From contig CAYZYT010000005.1 in NCBI GenBank assembly GCA_964482725.1, positions 88,133 to 152,132 on the forward strand: DNA of 64,000 nucleotides, written 5' to 3'. The stretch comes from an uncultured bacterium. GTDB lineage: Bacteria; Omnitrophota; Omnitrophia; Omnitrophales; Aquincolibacteriaceae. A program made the position numbers and the translations under genes. Each line of letters opens with the position of its first letter. Position 1 is the stretch's first letter. Below are positions 46,415-55,534 of the stretch, one piece after another. A model generated the notes under the pieces. That model saw only the letters and a program-made list of their open reading frames with translations, ran no database searches and was not told where the DNA came from.

Positions 46415-47460
46415 GACCGGTTCGTCCTGACAAAAGCATCTTGAAAAGGCCGGGCGACCTCGTGCCCGCGGAATTTTAAAAGCTGGGCTTGAGCATCCGC
46501 GGCCGTGTGAAATCCACCGATAAGGACCATGTAAAAAACCCGTCCGCTGGGCCGTGCGCTCTCCTTAACAAAAGCTCGAAAACCCGCGCTCTTCAAGGAT
46601 TTTACGATCGAATTGGCATCCTGCGCCGCGGGATAAGTCACGACCTGGATCACATACGATTCAGCAGCCAAAAGTGCGGGCTTCGAAGCCGTTCCTTCAG
46701 AAATGGTTTTTGCAGTTCGGATCGGCGCCGGTGTGATCACAACGGGGCGCTCTACCGCAGGCTTCGCCGGAACAACCGCTTCCACTACCTCGGGAGTTTT
46801 CACCGAAACCGCCTCTCCGGGAATCCGATACCGTGCACGCATCGCATCTTCCCTCTGAGAATTGAGCGCATTCACTCCCCAAAAAAGAAGGAAAACAACT
46901 AGGATCGCGGCCGCCCAATAGAAAACACGCCTTAGCGCGACCTGTTGGGGATCCCTCATAAACCTAAACAGCTCGCCCGCCGTTTCAGCGAACTTTTTCA
47001 AAAGCGCCAGGAACCCGCCCCCCTTATTTCCCGCGGGGCGATCGCCGCGAAAACGAGCGTGGGAATCCGAACTGAACGATACCGGAGAGGAATAAACGGG
47101 CTTCTTTTCAAAATCGCGAAGCGGTACATAGCGAGCCGTATGATCCGTAGGCTTTTGTTCCGGAGAAGCCTGTCGAGGAGGATAGTTCGCTTCGGACAAT
47201 ACATCTTTTTGAGCACTAAAAAGATCTGAAACATCCGTCTTCTCGGCTGAAGATTCTTTCGAAAAGAACGTCGGCGACGCGGGTTCCTTGGGCTGCTCCC
47301 GCCCCCCGGTCACAACAGGAGAGATCCCGTCGGAAAATTCGCCATAGAGTTTTTTTTGGATCTCGGATTCCGAAAGCACAGAAGATGACATTTCGGTGTT
47401 TTTTTTCTTGTTAAAAAGCCCCATGCTAGGCTTTCTCCTTCCGGGCATGGACATCTTCAC
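46411..47460 (-). CDS. SPOR-domain membrane protein (peptidoglycan-binding); the real start is probably downstream of the track start
   Basis: One TM segment (AAAILVVFLLFWGV) and a C-terminal SPOR-like segment (YVIQVVTYPAAQDANSIVKSLKSAGFRAFV...VLIGGFHTAADAQA). Confidence 0.6.
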   Translation of the reverse strand: MKMSMPGRRKPSMGLFNKKKNTEMSSSVLSESEIQKKLYGEFSDGISPVVTGGREQPKEPASPTFFSKESSAEKTDVSDLFSAQKDVLSEANYPPRQASPEQKPTDHTARYVPLRDFEKKPVYSSPVSFSSDSHARFRGDRPAGNKGGGFLALLKKFAETAGELFRFMRDPQQVALRRVFYWAAAILVVFLLFWGVNALNSQREDAMRARYRIPGEAVSVKTPEVVEAVVPAKPAVERPVVITPAPIRTAKTISEGTASKPALLAAESYVIQVVTYPAAQDANSIVKSLKSAGFRAFVKESARPSGRVFYMVLIGGFHTAADAQAQLLKFRGHEVARPFQDAFVRTNRS

Positions 47461-47923
47461 GAAGACATAGCGACAGCTTGATCAGCTCGATGGGCCCCAG
47501 GACGATATGCGCCCGCTGAACAAAGCCATTCTTACGACAAAGATCTATCGCTCCCGACATCTTGGAGGTAGTCTTAAAAATAACTTCTTCGTACCCCATC
47601 TCACGGCAAAAATCGAGTGCGCGATCGATCAACTTCTTACCGATCTTCAGATTGCGATGCGTGGGGGCGACGAACAAACGACGGAGCAACGCGACGCGTC
47701 CATCCTCTTTCTTGATCGCAACGGTCCCCACCACTTGATGTGATTGATTATCCACCGCCACAAAGAACGCCTCCCCGATACCGCCGTAGGATTTTTCGAT
47801 ACACTCGACATCCTCTGTCGGATAAGCATGCTTGGCGTCATGGAACTCGCTGTCCATAATGCTGCTGATGAGATCGACCACTGCCGCATCATCATCTTTC
47901 ATGGATCTTCGGATCGTGATCAT
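47426..47923 (-). CDS. GNAT-family N-acetyltransferase
   Basis: Acetyl-CoA-binding core RRLFVAPTHRNLKIGKKLIDRAL. Confidence 0.7.
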   Translation of the reverse strand: MITIRRSMKDDDAAVVDLISSIMDSEFHDAKHAYPTEDVECIEKSYGGIGEAFFVAVDNQSHQVVGTVAIKKEDGRVALLRRLFVAPTHRNLKIGKKLIDRALDFCREMGYEEVIFKTTSKMSGAIDLCRKNGFVQRAHIVLGPIELIKLSLCLREDVHARKEKA

Positions 47924-47944
47924 AAAGGGATCGATTGAGCTCCG

Positions 47945-48238
47945 TTAAGCTTTTTTGGAATCGCCGGCTGGTTTTCCAGCAGCCTTACCGGCGGGCTTCG
48001 CGGCGGCCGCGGGTGCTGCGGCGCCCGGAGCTGCGGCTCCGTCAGCAGCGCCTGCCTTCGCCTCTTTGACCTTCTTCATCTTGATCTTCTGGGACTTTAC
48101 TTTGGGAAGGTTGTAAGCCGTTCCACCCTCGGTCCACTTACCCATCTCTTGAAGCTTTTTAACGCGTTCGAGACGCTTGAAAACATTTCGGTGTTTGGCT
48201 CCGACACTGTCAGAACGCAAGCTAGGATGCTGGGACAT
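47945..48238 (-). CDS. Small basic protein with an Ala/Lys/Pro-rich histone-H1-like C-terminal tail
   Basis: 97 aa with an AAAPGAAAPAAAAKPAGKAAGKPAG tail. AAAGGAG RBS about 12 nt upstream of the ATG, and TATAAT -10 at 48381-48386 (minus strand). Confidence 0.55.
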   Translation of the reverse strand: MSQHPSLRSDSVGAKHRNVFKRLERVKKLQEMGKWTEGGTAYNLPKVKSQKIKMKKVKEAKAGAADGAAAPGAAAPAAAAKPAGKAAGKPAGDSKKA

Positions 48239-48380
48239 AAGACAATAAACTCCTTTGTTAGTACCGCGTTCCCTTTGATTCTAGGGGTTAACGATACACG
48301 ACTGCGAACTCTTAACCTCAACAGTAACGCAGCATTAGTGAATTGGATCGGCCCGAACAGTTGTGCTGTTGGAGGAGCGT

Positions 48381-48386
48381 ATTATA
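48381..48386 (-). promoter_or_regulatory. -10 hexamer TATAAT for the small basic protein gene, located just downstream of the tandem repeats
   Basis: The reverse complement of attata at 48381-48386 gives tataat about 140 nt upstream of ATG 48238. Confidence 0.4.
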
Positions 48387-48407
48387 CCGATGCAGAATGA
48401 AAATGGC

Positions 48408-48573
48408 TAGTCCCAATTCTTATCAATTTCAGCAAATCTGAAATTGGGGCAATCCTTGTTACCCTTATGGTAAAGAATGAAAAACAAGGATAGTCCCAAT
48501 TCTTATCAATTTCAGCAAATCTGAAATTGGGGCAATCCTTGTTACCCTTATGGTAAAGAATGAAAAACAAGGA
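48408..48573. repeat. Perfect tandem direct repeat, 2 x 83 bp. Each unit contains nested, mutually exclusive palindromes (caatttcag/ctgaaattg and cccaatt/aattggg).
   Basis: Unit tagtcccaattcttatcaatttcagcaaatctgaaattggggcaatccttgttacccttatggtaaagaatgaaaaacaagga occurs at 48408-48490 and again at 48491-48573, read directly from the sequence. Confidence 0.9.
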
Positions 48574-48634
48574 AAGCTGAAAAGCCTCGGAAAGATCTTA
48601 TTTTAAAGCGGCTTAAAAAAAGAATGAGACCGGA

Positions 48635-49282
48635 TCAGCGAACCATCGGCCTGACATAAGCGTCGCCAGAGACAAGCCCCTGACCTCTCAGTTGCTTGAG
48701 TATCTGGGTGGCATCCTGGCGCGACTGGAATGCCGCAATACAAACCTGGAGATGTTTGCCACTCGGGATCACGAAAGACGTATATCCCTTTTGAGAAAGT
48801 TTTTGGATCTCACGATCCGCGGCCGACTGGGTGATGTAGGTCACATGCTGGATCGTAAACTTTCCGTCAGGCTTCGCGACCTTCGCCACGGGCTTCGGCA
48901 ACTCCGGCACCGTGATCGGGACCTCTTGGGGGACCGACTCATCGATCACAGCCACCCCGGGGGTCTTCGCGACAGAAGCAACAACGGCCGGCGCAGATTC
49001 CTCCGGAAGAACTTCGGCCGCAGTCGAACGGATCACCTGACTCTCGCGCGAAGAAGACCACTTCCCCTTTTCAACGCCCCAGGAAAAGGTCAGCACATAA
49101 ACAACCAGGAGGACAAGAATGAGCCCGATCGCTTGATCGAGACGCAGCGTGATAAAGTTCTTTTCGAGAAAAGAAGTTTTTGGGACCGCGGGTTCTTCTG
49201 AAAGAGTGCGGGGTGATGGCAGATCAAATAATTCCGTTTGCATGATTGGTTCCTCCGTACAACTATTTACGACAAATTGCAC
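48635..49282 (-). CDS. SPOR-domain membrane protein
   Basis: TM segment (LILVLLVVYVLTF) and C-terminal SPOR-like segment (FTIQHVTYITQSAADREIQKLSQKGYTSFVIPSGKHLQVCIAAFQSRQDATQ). Confidence 0.6.
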   Translation of the reverse strand: MQFVVNSCTEEPIMQTELFDLPSPRTLSEEPAVPKTSFLEKNFITLRLDQAIGLILVLLVVYVLTFSWGVEKGKWSSSRESQVIRSTAAEVLPEESAPAVVASVAKTPGVAVIDESVPQEVPITVPELPKPVAKVAKPDGKFTIQHVTYITQSAADREIQKLSQKGYTSFVIPSGKHLQVCIAAFQSRQDATQILKQLRGQGLVSGDAYVRPMVR

Positions 49283-49475
49283 GGAAGATTTAATTAAAAT
49301 TGGAGGGTGGCTGATGGAGGGAGGCTGACGTCACGCCCCTATTTCTTTGTTTTACTCCGTCCGCCCTCTTCCATCCCACTTTTACGGGTGATCTTGATTC
49401 GCTTGGATGGGCGGTCCGCTTACTTCGCCAGTTTAATCCGGCTAGGCGGCCCGTCTGAGAATCGACAAGGCTCGC

Positions 49476-50141
49476 CTACTTTGCAAGTTTGATACGTTGG
49501 GGCGGCCACCAGATCATGAAGGCCTTCCCCACCAGATCCTTTTTCGGAACGAATCCCCACTGACGGCTGTCGGCCGAATGAGCGGAATTGTCCCCCAACG
49601 CAAAATAGTGGCCCTCCGGCACCCGGATCACTTCGCCGGACTTGCCGAATTTCCAGTCCTCGACATTGTAATAGGTGTTCCCGGAGAACGGCAGCTCCGT
49701 CATCGGCTTCCCATTGACAAGCAGAATGCCTTTGCGTATCTCGAGCGTTTCTCCCGGAAGCCCCGCAAGACGTTTCACGAAATCTTTTTTCCGATCCAGC
49801 GGATACTTGAACACGATGATATCCCCGCGCTCGGGAGCATGGAAACGATAACTCAACTTATCAACGAAGATCTTGTCCTCTTCCATAAAAGTCGGCTTCA
49901 TGGACCCTGTCGGGATCTTGTAGGGCCCAAAAATGAAGGTGCGGATAAAAATGGCGAGGATGGCCGCGATCAGGAGCGGCTCACCCCAGTTCTTCCATTT
50001 TTCGAAAAGCCACTTCCGGGGCTCAGCCCGGGCAAACCGCCACTCATGGGCAAGCTTGGCCCGGTACATATAGGCCAGCACGCCTGCCACCGGCAGGAGC
50101 CAAAAATATTTCCGAAGGAGCTGAACAGGATTCCATTCCAT
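49476..50141 (-). CDS. lepB: Signal peptidase I
   Basis: GSMKPTF catalytic Ser region, GDNSAHSADSRQWGFV box and N-terminal TM. Confidence 0.9.
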   Translation of the reverse strand: MEWNPVQLLRKYFWLLPVAGVLAYMYRAKLAHEWRFARAEPRKWLFEKWKNWGEPLLIAAILAIFIRTFIFGPYKIPTGSMKPTFMEEDKIFVDKLSYRFHAPERGDIIVFKYPLDRKKDFVKRLAGLPGETLEIRKGILLVNGKPMTELPFSGNTYYNVEDWKFGKSGEVIRVPEGHYFALGDNSAHSADSRQWGFVPKKDLVGKAFMIWWPPQRIKLAK

Positions 50142-50142
50142 A

Positions 50143-51963
50143 TTATTCCACCTTTAAGATGCTGATGAACGCCTCTTGGGGAAGATCGACCTTCCCGATC
50201 TTTTTCATGCGCTTCTTCCCTTCCTTCTGCTTCTCCCAGAGCTTGCGCTTGCGCGTGATGTCGCCACCATAGCACTTGGCCGTCACGTTCTTCTTGATCG
50301 CCGCGATCGAATCGCGCGCAATAATCTTCGCCCCGATCGCCGCCTGGATCACAACTTCAAACATCTGCTTCGGGATCACTTCCTTGAGCTTCTCCACGAG
50401 CGCCTTGCCGCGCGGATACGCTTTTTCCTTCCAAGTGATGATTGCAAGCGCATCAACAGGCTCCCCGTTGATCAGGATATCCATCTTGACGAGTTCTGAC
50501 GGCTTGTGGCCGATGAATTCATAATTAAGCGATCCATAACCCGCCGTAAGCGACTTGATCTTATCATAAAAATCCATGACGACCTCGGAGAACGGGATCT
50601 CATAGGTCAGCACCGCCCGCGTCGCGTCGAGATATTCTGTGCTCTTATAGGTACCGCGGCGATCCTGGCAAAGCTGCATGATCACCCCGAGCGCGGTGGA
50701 CGGGACCATCACATGAGCGCGGATATACGGCTCCTCAATAATTTCGATCTTCTGAACGTCCGGCAGATCGGTGGGATTCTCGATATCGAGGATCTCCCCT
50801 TTGGTGGTCAGCACTTTATACCGGACGTTCGGTGCGGTGATAATAAGCTGGAGATTAAATTCGCGCTCGAGCCGCTCCTTGATGATATCCATATGGAGAA
50901 GTCCGAGGAATCCGCAGCGGAATCCGTGCCCAAGCGACGCCGAGGATTCCGGCTCATAAACGAACGAAGAATCGTTCAGCCGGAGTTTCGCGAGCGCCTC
51001 CCGGAGGAGCGCAAAATCATTGGCCTGGATCGGGTAGAGGCCGCAGAAAACCATCGGCTTCACGTCCTGGTACCCCGGCAAAGCCTCCGCGGCGGGATTC
51101 AGGGCCAGCGTCATCGTATCCCCGATCTTCACATCCGCGATATCCTTGATATTCGCATGCACGTAGCCGACGGCTCCGGCACCCAGCTCATCGACGGCTT
51201 CCGGGTTCGGATTAAAAATGCCGATCTGATCGACTTCGTGCTGATGCCCTGTCTGCATCATCAGGACCTGATCGTGCGTCCGGAGCTTCCCGTCAATAAT
51301 ACGGAAATACGCCACGACGCCTTGGTAGCTGTCAAACTTGGAATCGAAAATAAGGGCCCTCAAGGGCTTGTCGATATCCCCCTGCGGCGGCGGGATCTTG
51401 TCGATGATAGCCTTCAGGATCTCCTCGGTACCTTCCCCGGTCTTGGCGCTCGAAAAAATGATCTCTTTTTCATCCACGCCTAAAAAATCCACGATCTCTT
51501 TCTTGACCCGCTCCGGCTCTGCGGTCGGAAGATCGATCTTGGTCACGATCGGAATGATCTTGAGGTTGCGTTCCATGGCCAGATAAAGGTTCGTCACCGT
51601 CTGCGCCTGGATCCCCTGCCCGGCATCCACCAGGAGGAGAACGCCCTCGCAGGCCGCGAGGCTTTTGGAAACCTCGTAAGTAAAATCGATATGGCCCGGC
51701 GTGTCGATCAGGTTGAGCCAGTGCCCTTTGTAATGAATACGCACCGCACGAGCTTTGATCGTGATGCCGCGCTCGCGCTCCAGCTCCATATCATCAAGGA
51801 TCTGGTCGCGGAACTCACGTTTGGTGATCGCGCCCGTATCCAATAGCAGGCGGTCGGCAAGTGTGGATTTCCCATGATCAATATGCGCGATGATGGAGAA
51901 ATTACGAATTTTGGAGGGATTCACCCCGTTAGAACCACCGCTCTGATTGGAGCTCTCTGCCAC
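50143..51963 (-). CDS. lepA: Elongation factor 4 (LepA)
   Basis: FSIIAHIDHGKSTLADRLL G1 motif, DTPGHIDF, and the LepA-specific C-terminal region. 606 aa. Confidence 0.95.
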   Translation of the reverse strand: MAESSNQSGGSNGVNPSKIRNFSIIAHIDHGKSTLADRLLLDTGAITKREFRDQILDDMELERERGITIKARAVRIHYKGHWLNLIDTPGHIDFTYEVSKSLAACEGVLLLVDAGQGIQAQTVTNLYLAMERNLKIIPIVTKIDLPTAEPERVKKEIVDFLGVDEKEIIFSSAKTGEGTEEILKAIIDKIPPPQGDIDKPLRALIFDSKFDSYQGVVAYFRIIDGKLRTHDQVLMMQTGHQHEVDQIGIFNPNPEAVDELGAGAVGYVHANIKDIADVKIGDTMTLALNPAAEALPGYQDVKPMVFCGLYPIQANDFALLREALAKLRLNDSSFVYEPESSASLGHGFRCGFLGLLHMDIIKERLEREFNLQLIITAPNVRYKVLTTKGEILDIENPTDLPDVQKIEIIEEPYIRAHVMVPSTALGVIMQLCQDRRGTYKSTEYLDATRAVLTYEIPFSEVVMDFYDKIKSLTAGYGSLNYEFIGHKPSELVKMDILINGEPVDALAIITWKEKAYPRGKALVEKLKEVIPKQMFEVVIQAAIGAKIIARDSIAAIKKNVTAKCYGGDITRKRKLWEKQKEGKKRMKKIGKVDLPQEAFISILKVE

Positions 51964-52030
51964 CTTAAAAATCCTTTTGTTAAATGAAACGAATTAAACC
52001 GCTGGAAAGTCTAGTTTCTAACGGGGTCCA

Positions 52031-52681
52031 TCAGAATTTCTTGAAGATCTCACGGAATTCATGAACGGCCTTCGCGCGATCGGCTTTTCCGAAAACGGCG
52101 CTTCCCGCGACCAGAATATCGGCACCGGCCTCAAGCGCTTGGGAAGCATTCCCGACCCCGATACCGCCATCCACGGAAATAAGTCCCTGAAACTTTGAAC
52201 GCAGGACCTTGACCTTGTCCATCATCTCCGGCATGAACGACTGTCCACCGAACCCCGGCTCCACCGACATCACAAGAACAAGGTCCAACTCCGGAAGATA
52301 AGGAAATAGCGTTTCGACAGCGGTCTTTGGCCGGAGCGAAAGCCCCGCCTTGGCGCCCGATTCCCTGATCTTTTTAAGCAATCCGTGGATATCATTTTCC
52401 GCCTCCACATGGACCGTGATCCAGTCCGCGCCGGCCTTGCGGAATTCGGCAATATAGCGGGACGGCGTATCGATCATCAAATGGACATCGAGAGGAATCT
52501 CTGTCACCCGGTGAAGTGCGGCCACCACGAGCGGCCCGATCGTAAGATTCGGCACAAAATGCCCGTCCATCACGTCGATATGGAGCGCATCACAACCGGC
52601 TTTTTCCACATCCCGGACTTCCTCAGCTAAGCGACTGAAATCCGCGGACAACAAACTCGGTGCGATCATGATTTTTTTCAC
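52031..52681 (-). CDS. rpe: Ribulose-phosphate 3-epimerase
   Basis: SLLSADFSRLAEEV...HIDVMDGHFVPNLT and GADWITVH motifs. 216 aa. Confidence 0.9.
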   Translation of the reverse strand: MKKIMIAPSLLSADFSRLAEEVRDVEKAGCDALHIDVMDGHFVPNLTIGPLVVAALHRVTEIPLDVHLMIDTPSRYIAEFRKAGADWITVHVEAENDIHGLLKKIRESGAKAGLSLRPKTAVETLFPYLPELDLVLVMSVEPGFGGQSFMPEMMDKVKVLRSKFQGLISVDGGIGVGNASQALEAGADILVAGSAVFGKADRAKAVHEFREIFKKF

Positions 52682-52820
52682 GGCTTTCTCCTTTTAATAT
52701 CCAGAAAAACAACCGTCATCCTGAGCGGAGCGAAGGATCTCGCTTCGAGATTCTTCGCCTGATTTCCCGCCTCTGCCGGGACAAGCATCAGTCTCAGAAT
52801 GACGTATTTGTTAAAGCCTC

Positions 52821-54101
52821 TTACGCTCCATCAATTACAAGATTTTTTGTGATCTCACGCTGCATCTTTTCAGGCACCGGCCCAATGAGCGAAAGATTCA
52901 GATTCCCCGTCCTGAAGATCCCTTGCGCAACGCGTTGAATATCCTCCATCGTCGTCGTCTCGATCTGGCGACGGATCTCCGCCTTATCCGGCAATTCCCC
53001 GGAACAAAGCGCTTTTTCGCCCGTCCAAAGCAAATGATCGAGCGTGTCTTCCACGCCCATCGAAACCTGACTCATAAAATAATCTTTCGCGCGACGGAGC
53101 TCGTCCGGCTTCACAAAACTTTTCCGCACTTTCGCGAGCTCTTTCAGGATCACCGCCACGGCACGCACGGTCTTTTTCGTTTCGACCCCAGCGGACACCG
53201 TAAAAGCCCCGGCATCCTGATAACCCGAAATGCCAGATTTGATCTCGTACGCCAAACCACGTTTTTCGCGGACTTCTTCGAAAAGACGGCTCGACATGTT
53301 CGCCCCTAGCATCACATGAAGAAGCCCCAGTTTGTAGCGGTCCGGATGCATGCGCGGCAGGGCGTGAAGCCCGATCACCAGATGCGTCTGCTCGGTCGCT
53401 TTCTCGTAGAAATGCGTGCGCGGCTTCGTCTGAGCGCTTTTGGCCGGAACAAACGCGGAAGGTTTCTCGGCTTTGCGTGTTTTATAGATATCCGCCACGC
53501 GCGCCAAAACCTCCTCGTGGTCCACATCGCCGGAGACCGAAACCAGGATATTGCTGTTATGGTAATAATCCTTCATGTATTTTCGAAGGTCGGTGCGTGA
53601 CATCCCGGAAACTGTCTCCGGAGTACCGGCCAGCGTTCTCCCCAACGGCTGGTCCGGCCACAGAAGCTCCCCCATCAGATCATGCACATGGTGGGCCGGC
53701 ACATCTCGATACATTTTGATCTCTTCAAGGATCACGGTCCTCTCCTTGGCAAGCTCATCCGCCGGAACGGTCGAATGAAGCACCATGTCGGAAAGAACGT
53801 CGAGCGCCCGCGGATAATATTGCTTCAGAAGCTTTGCGAAATAACAGGTCATCTCCTCGCCAGTGAACGCATTCAGGACCCCACCCACGCCCTCGATCTC
53901 TTCCTTGATCCGGCGCGTATTCCGCGTCGGTGTGCCCTTAAACATCATATGTTCCAGGTAATGCGAGATCCCCGAGATCTTCTTGGATTCATAGCGGCCC
54001 CCGGCCTTCACCCATATCGCCACAGCCGCCGACTCGCGATTGGACATCGGCACGGTTAAAACCCGGAGTCCATTTTCCAATGTCGTTAAATTATAACTCA
54101 T
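52821..54101 (-). CDS. M16-family zinc metallopeptidase (pitrilysin-like)
   Basis: Inverted zinc motif HxxEH in GISHYLEHMMFKGT. About 426 aa, typical of M16B. Confidence 0.8.
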   Translation of the reverse strand: MSYNLTTLENGLRVLTVPMSNRESAAVAIWVKAGGRYESKKISGISHYLEHMMFKGTPTRNTRRIKEEIEGVGGVLNAFTGEEMTCYFAKLLKQYYPRALDVLSDMVLHSTVPADELAKERTVILEEIKMYRDVPAHHVHDLMGELLWPDQPLGRTLAGTPETVSGMSRTDLRKYMKDYYHNSNILVSVSGDVDHEEVLARVADIYKTRKAEKPSAFVPAKSAQTKPRTHFYEKATEQTHLVIGLHALPRMHPDRYKLGLLHVMLGANMSSRLFEEVREKRGLAYEIKSGISGYQDAGAFTVSAGVETKKTVRAVAVILKELAKVRKSFVKPDELRRAKDYFMSQVSMGVEDTLDHLLWTGEKALCSGELPDKAEIRRQIETTTMEDIQRVAQGIFRTGNLNLSLIGPVPEKMQREITKNLVIDGA

Positions 54102-54232
54102 CCTTAAACCTTTGCTGTTTGTTGCGTTGTCCGGCTACGGTAACGATATCCGTTTCGTCTTACGGTTAGGGCCTTACAGCTTCAAGCCGCGACCTAACCC
54201 CGTGACCGATGCGGGCTTCGTAGCCGTTGCTG

Positions 54233-54658
54233 TTACAGATTCGCTGTCTGACAATCCAAATAGTTCTGCAGTATTCTCTGTGCTGCCAGCTGATCGATCA
54301 CTTCTTTCCGTCTGTCTCGTCTTACATCCGCCGAGATCAGCATCCGCTCGACTTCCTTCGACGAAAGCCGTTCGTCCCACATCACCATCGGCACCGTGAT
54401 CCGCGACTGGTACCACTCGACTTCCTGGACCCGCTTCGTAGCCGCGATCCCCATCTCACCCTTCATCGTGATAGGAAGCCCGACCACGACCTTCTCCGCC
54501 TTGTGCTCAAGGATCAACTTCTTGATCTCGGCCAGCACCTGCTCCCGGCCCCGCACCTCGATCGTTTTCACCGGAAACGCCATCGTGGTCCCGGCCGGCA
54601 CGAACGCCACCCCGATCCTTTTTTCCCCGAGATCAAGTCCGAGCAGCGCGCCGCTCAT
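54233..54658 (-). CDS. ruvX: Putative pre-16S rRNA nuclease / Holliday junction resolvase-like YqgF (RuvX)
   Basis: LLGLDLGEKRIGVAF N-terminus. 141 aa. Overlaps trpA by 4 nt. Confidence 0.85.
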   Translation of the reverse strand: MSGALLGLDLGEKRIGVAFVPAGTTMAFPVKTIEVRGREQVLAEIKKLILEHKAEKVVVGLPITMKGEMGIAATKRVQEVEWYQSRITVPMVMWDERLSSKEVERMLISADVRRDRRKEVIDQLAAQRILQNYLDCQTANL

Positions 54659-55461
54659 GCCCCGTGTACCGCACGAGCCATCGTTTCAATAAAGCGTTCA
54701 GCGGCGGGGACGCCCTTCTTCAGATGATTGATCACGGCACTTCCGACGATCACGCCGTCCGCCATGCGGGAGATATCCCGCGCCTGATCCGGCGTGGAGA
54801 TCCCGAAACCTGCCAGGACCGGCTTCGCGGTCATGCGCTTTAATTTCAAAAGATGGGCCTTTAGGTCCGAGGGCACCGCCTTCCGTGCGCCCGTCACTCC
54901 CCGGAGCGAGACATAATAGATGAATCCTTGCGACTTCCCTACAAGCATCTTCGCCCGTTTGTCCTTGGTCGTCGGAGCAACGAGCTGCACCATGTGCAGC
55001 TTTTGCTTCCGGCATGCTTTCTGGAACTCCGGCTCTTCTTCCGGAGGAAGATCCGGAATGATCAATCCATCCAACCCGGCAGCCCGCGCATCACGAGCAA
55101 AATCGATAGCACCGTAGGAGAAGACCGGGTTGAAATATCCGAAAAAAACGACCGGGATTTTACAACCTTTTTGACGAAGCCGGCGCACGAGCGCGAACGC
55201 GTCCTTGATCGAAACATTTTTCTTTATGGCCTGCTCTGAGGAATACTGGATCGTCGGTCCGTCCGCGAGCGGGTCGGAGAACGGGAAACCCAGCTCTAGG
55301 ATATCCACTCCGGCTGCGGCCGAGGAAAGGATCAGACGCTCCGTCGCAGCAAGGCTCGGATACCCCAGCGTAAGGAAGACGCAAAAAAGCTTCTTCCCTT
55401 GTTGATGGGTTTGTTTGATCCGTTCAGACAACAAGTTTTTCAACGATTTTTTCCCTTTCAC
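54655..55461 (-). CDS. trpA: Tryptophan synthase alpha chain
   Basis: ELGFPFSDPLADGPTIQ active-site region. 268 aa. Confidence 0.9.
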   Translation of the reverse strand: MKGKKSLKNLLSERIKQTHQQGKKLFCVFLTLGYPSLAATERLILSSAAAGVDILELGFPFSDPLADGPTIQYSSEQAIKKNVSIKDAFALVRRLRQKGCKIPVVFFGYFNPVFSYGAIDFARDARAAGLDGLIIPDLPPEEEPEFQKACRKQKLHMVQLVAPTTKDKRAKMLVGKSQGFIYYVSLRGVTGARKAVPSDLKAHLLKLKRMTAKPVLAGFGISTPDQARDISRMADGVIVGSAVINHLKKGVPAAERFIETMARAVHGA

Positions 55462-55469
55462 ATTTCGGA

Positions 55470-55530
55470 CTATAGACCACAGACACGAGACAAGAGAAAA
55501 AATGTCGCTAGTCTGTGGTCTCTGGTCTGT
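55470..55530 (-). promoter_or_regulatory. Hairpin-forming spacer (11-bp inverted repeat AGACCACAGAC / GTCTGTGGTCT with a loop of about 27 nt) between trpB and trpA
   Basis: Read directly from the sequence. trpB and trpA are usually overlapping or tightly coupled; here they are separated by a 73-nt structured spacer. Confidence 0.3.
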
Positions 55531-55534
55531 AGTC

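Noticed and set aside
48382-48570. Track ORF of 62 aa spanning the tandem repeats
   Set aside because: The repeat unit is 83 bp, not a multiple of 3, so the two copies translate in different frames. This is not a conserved coding repeat.
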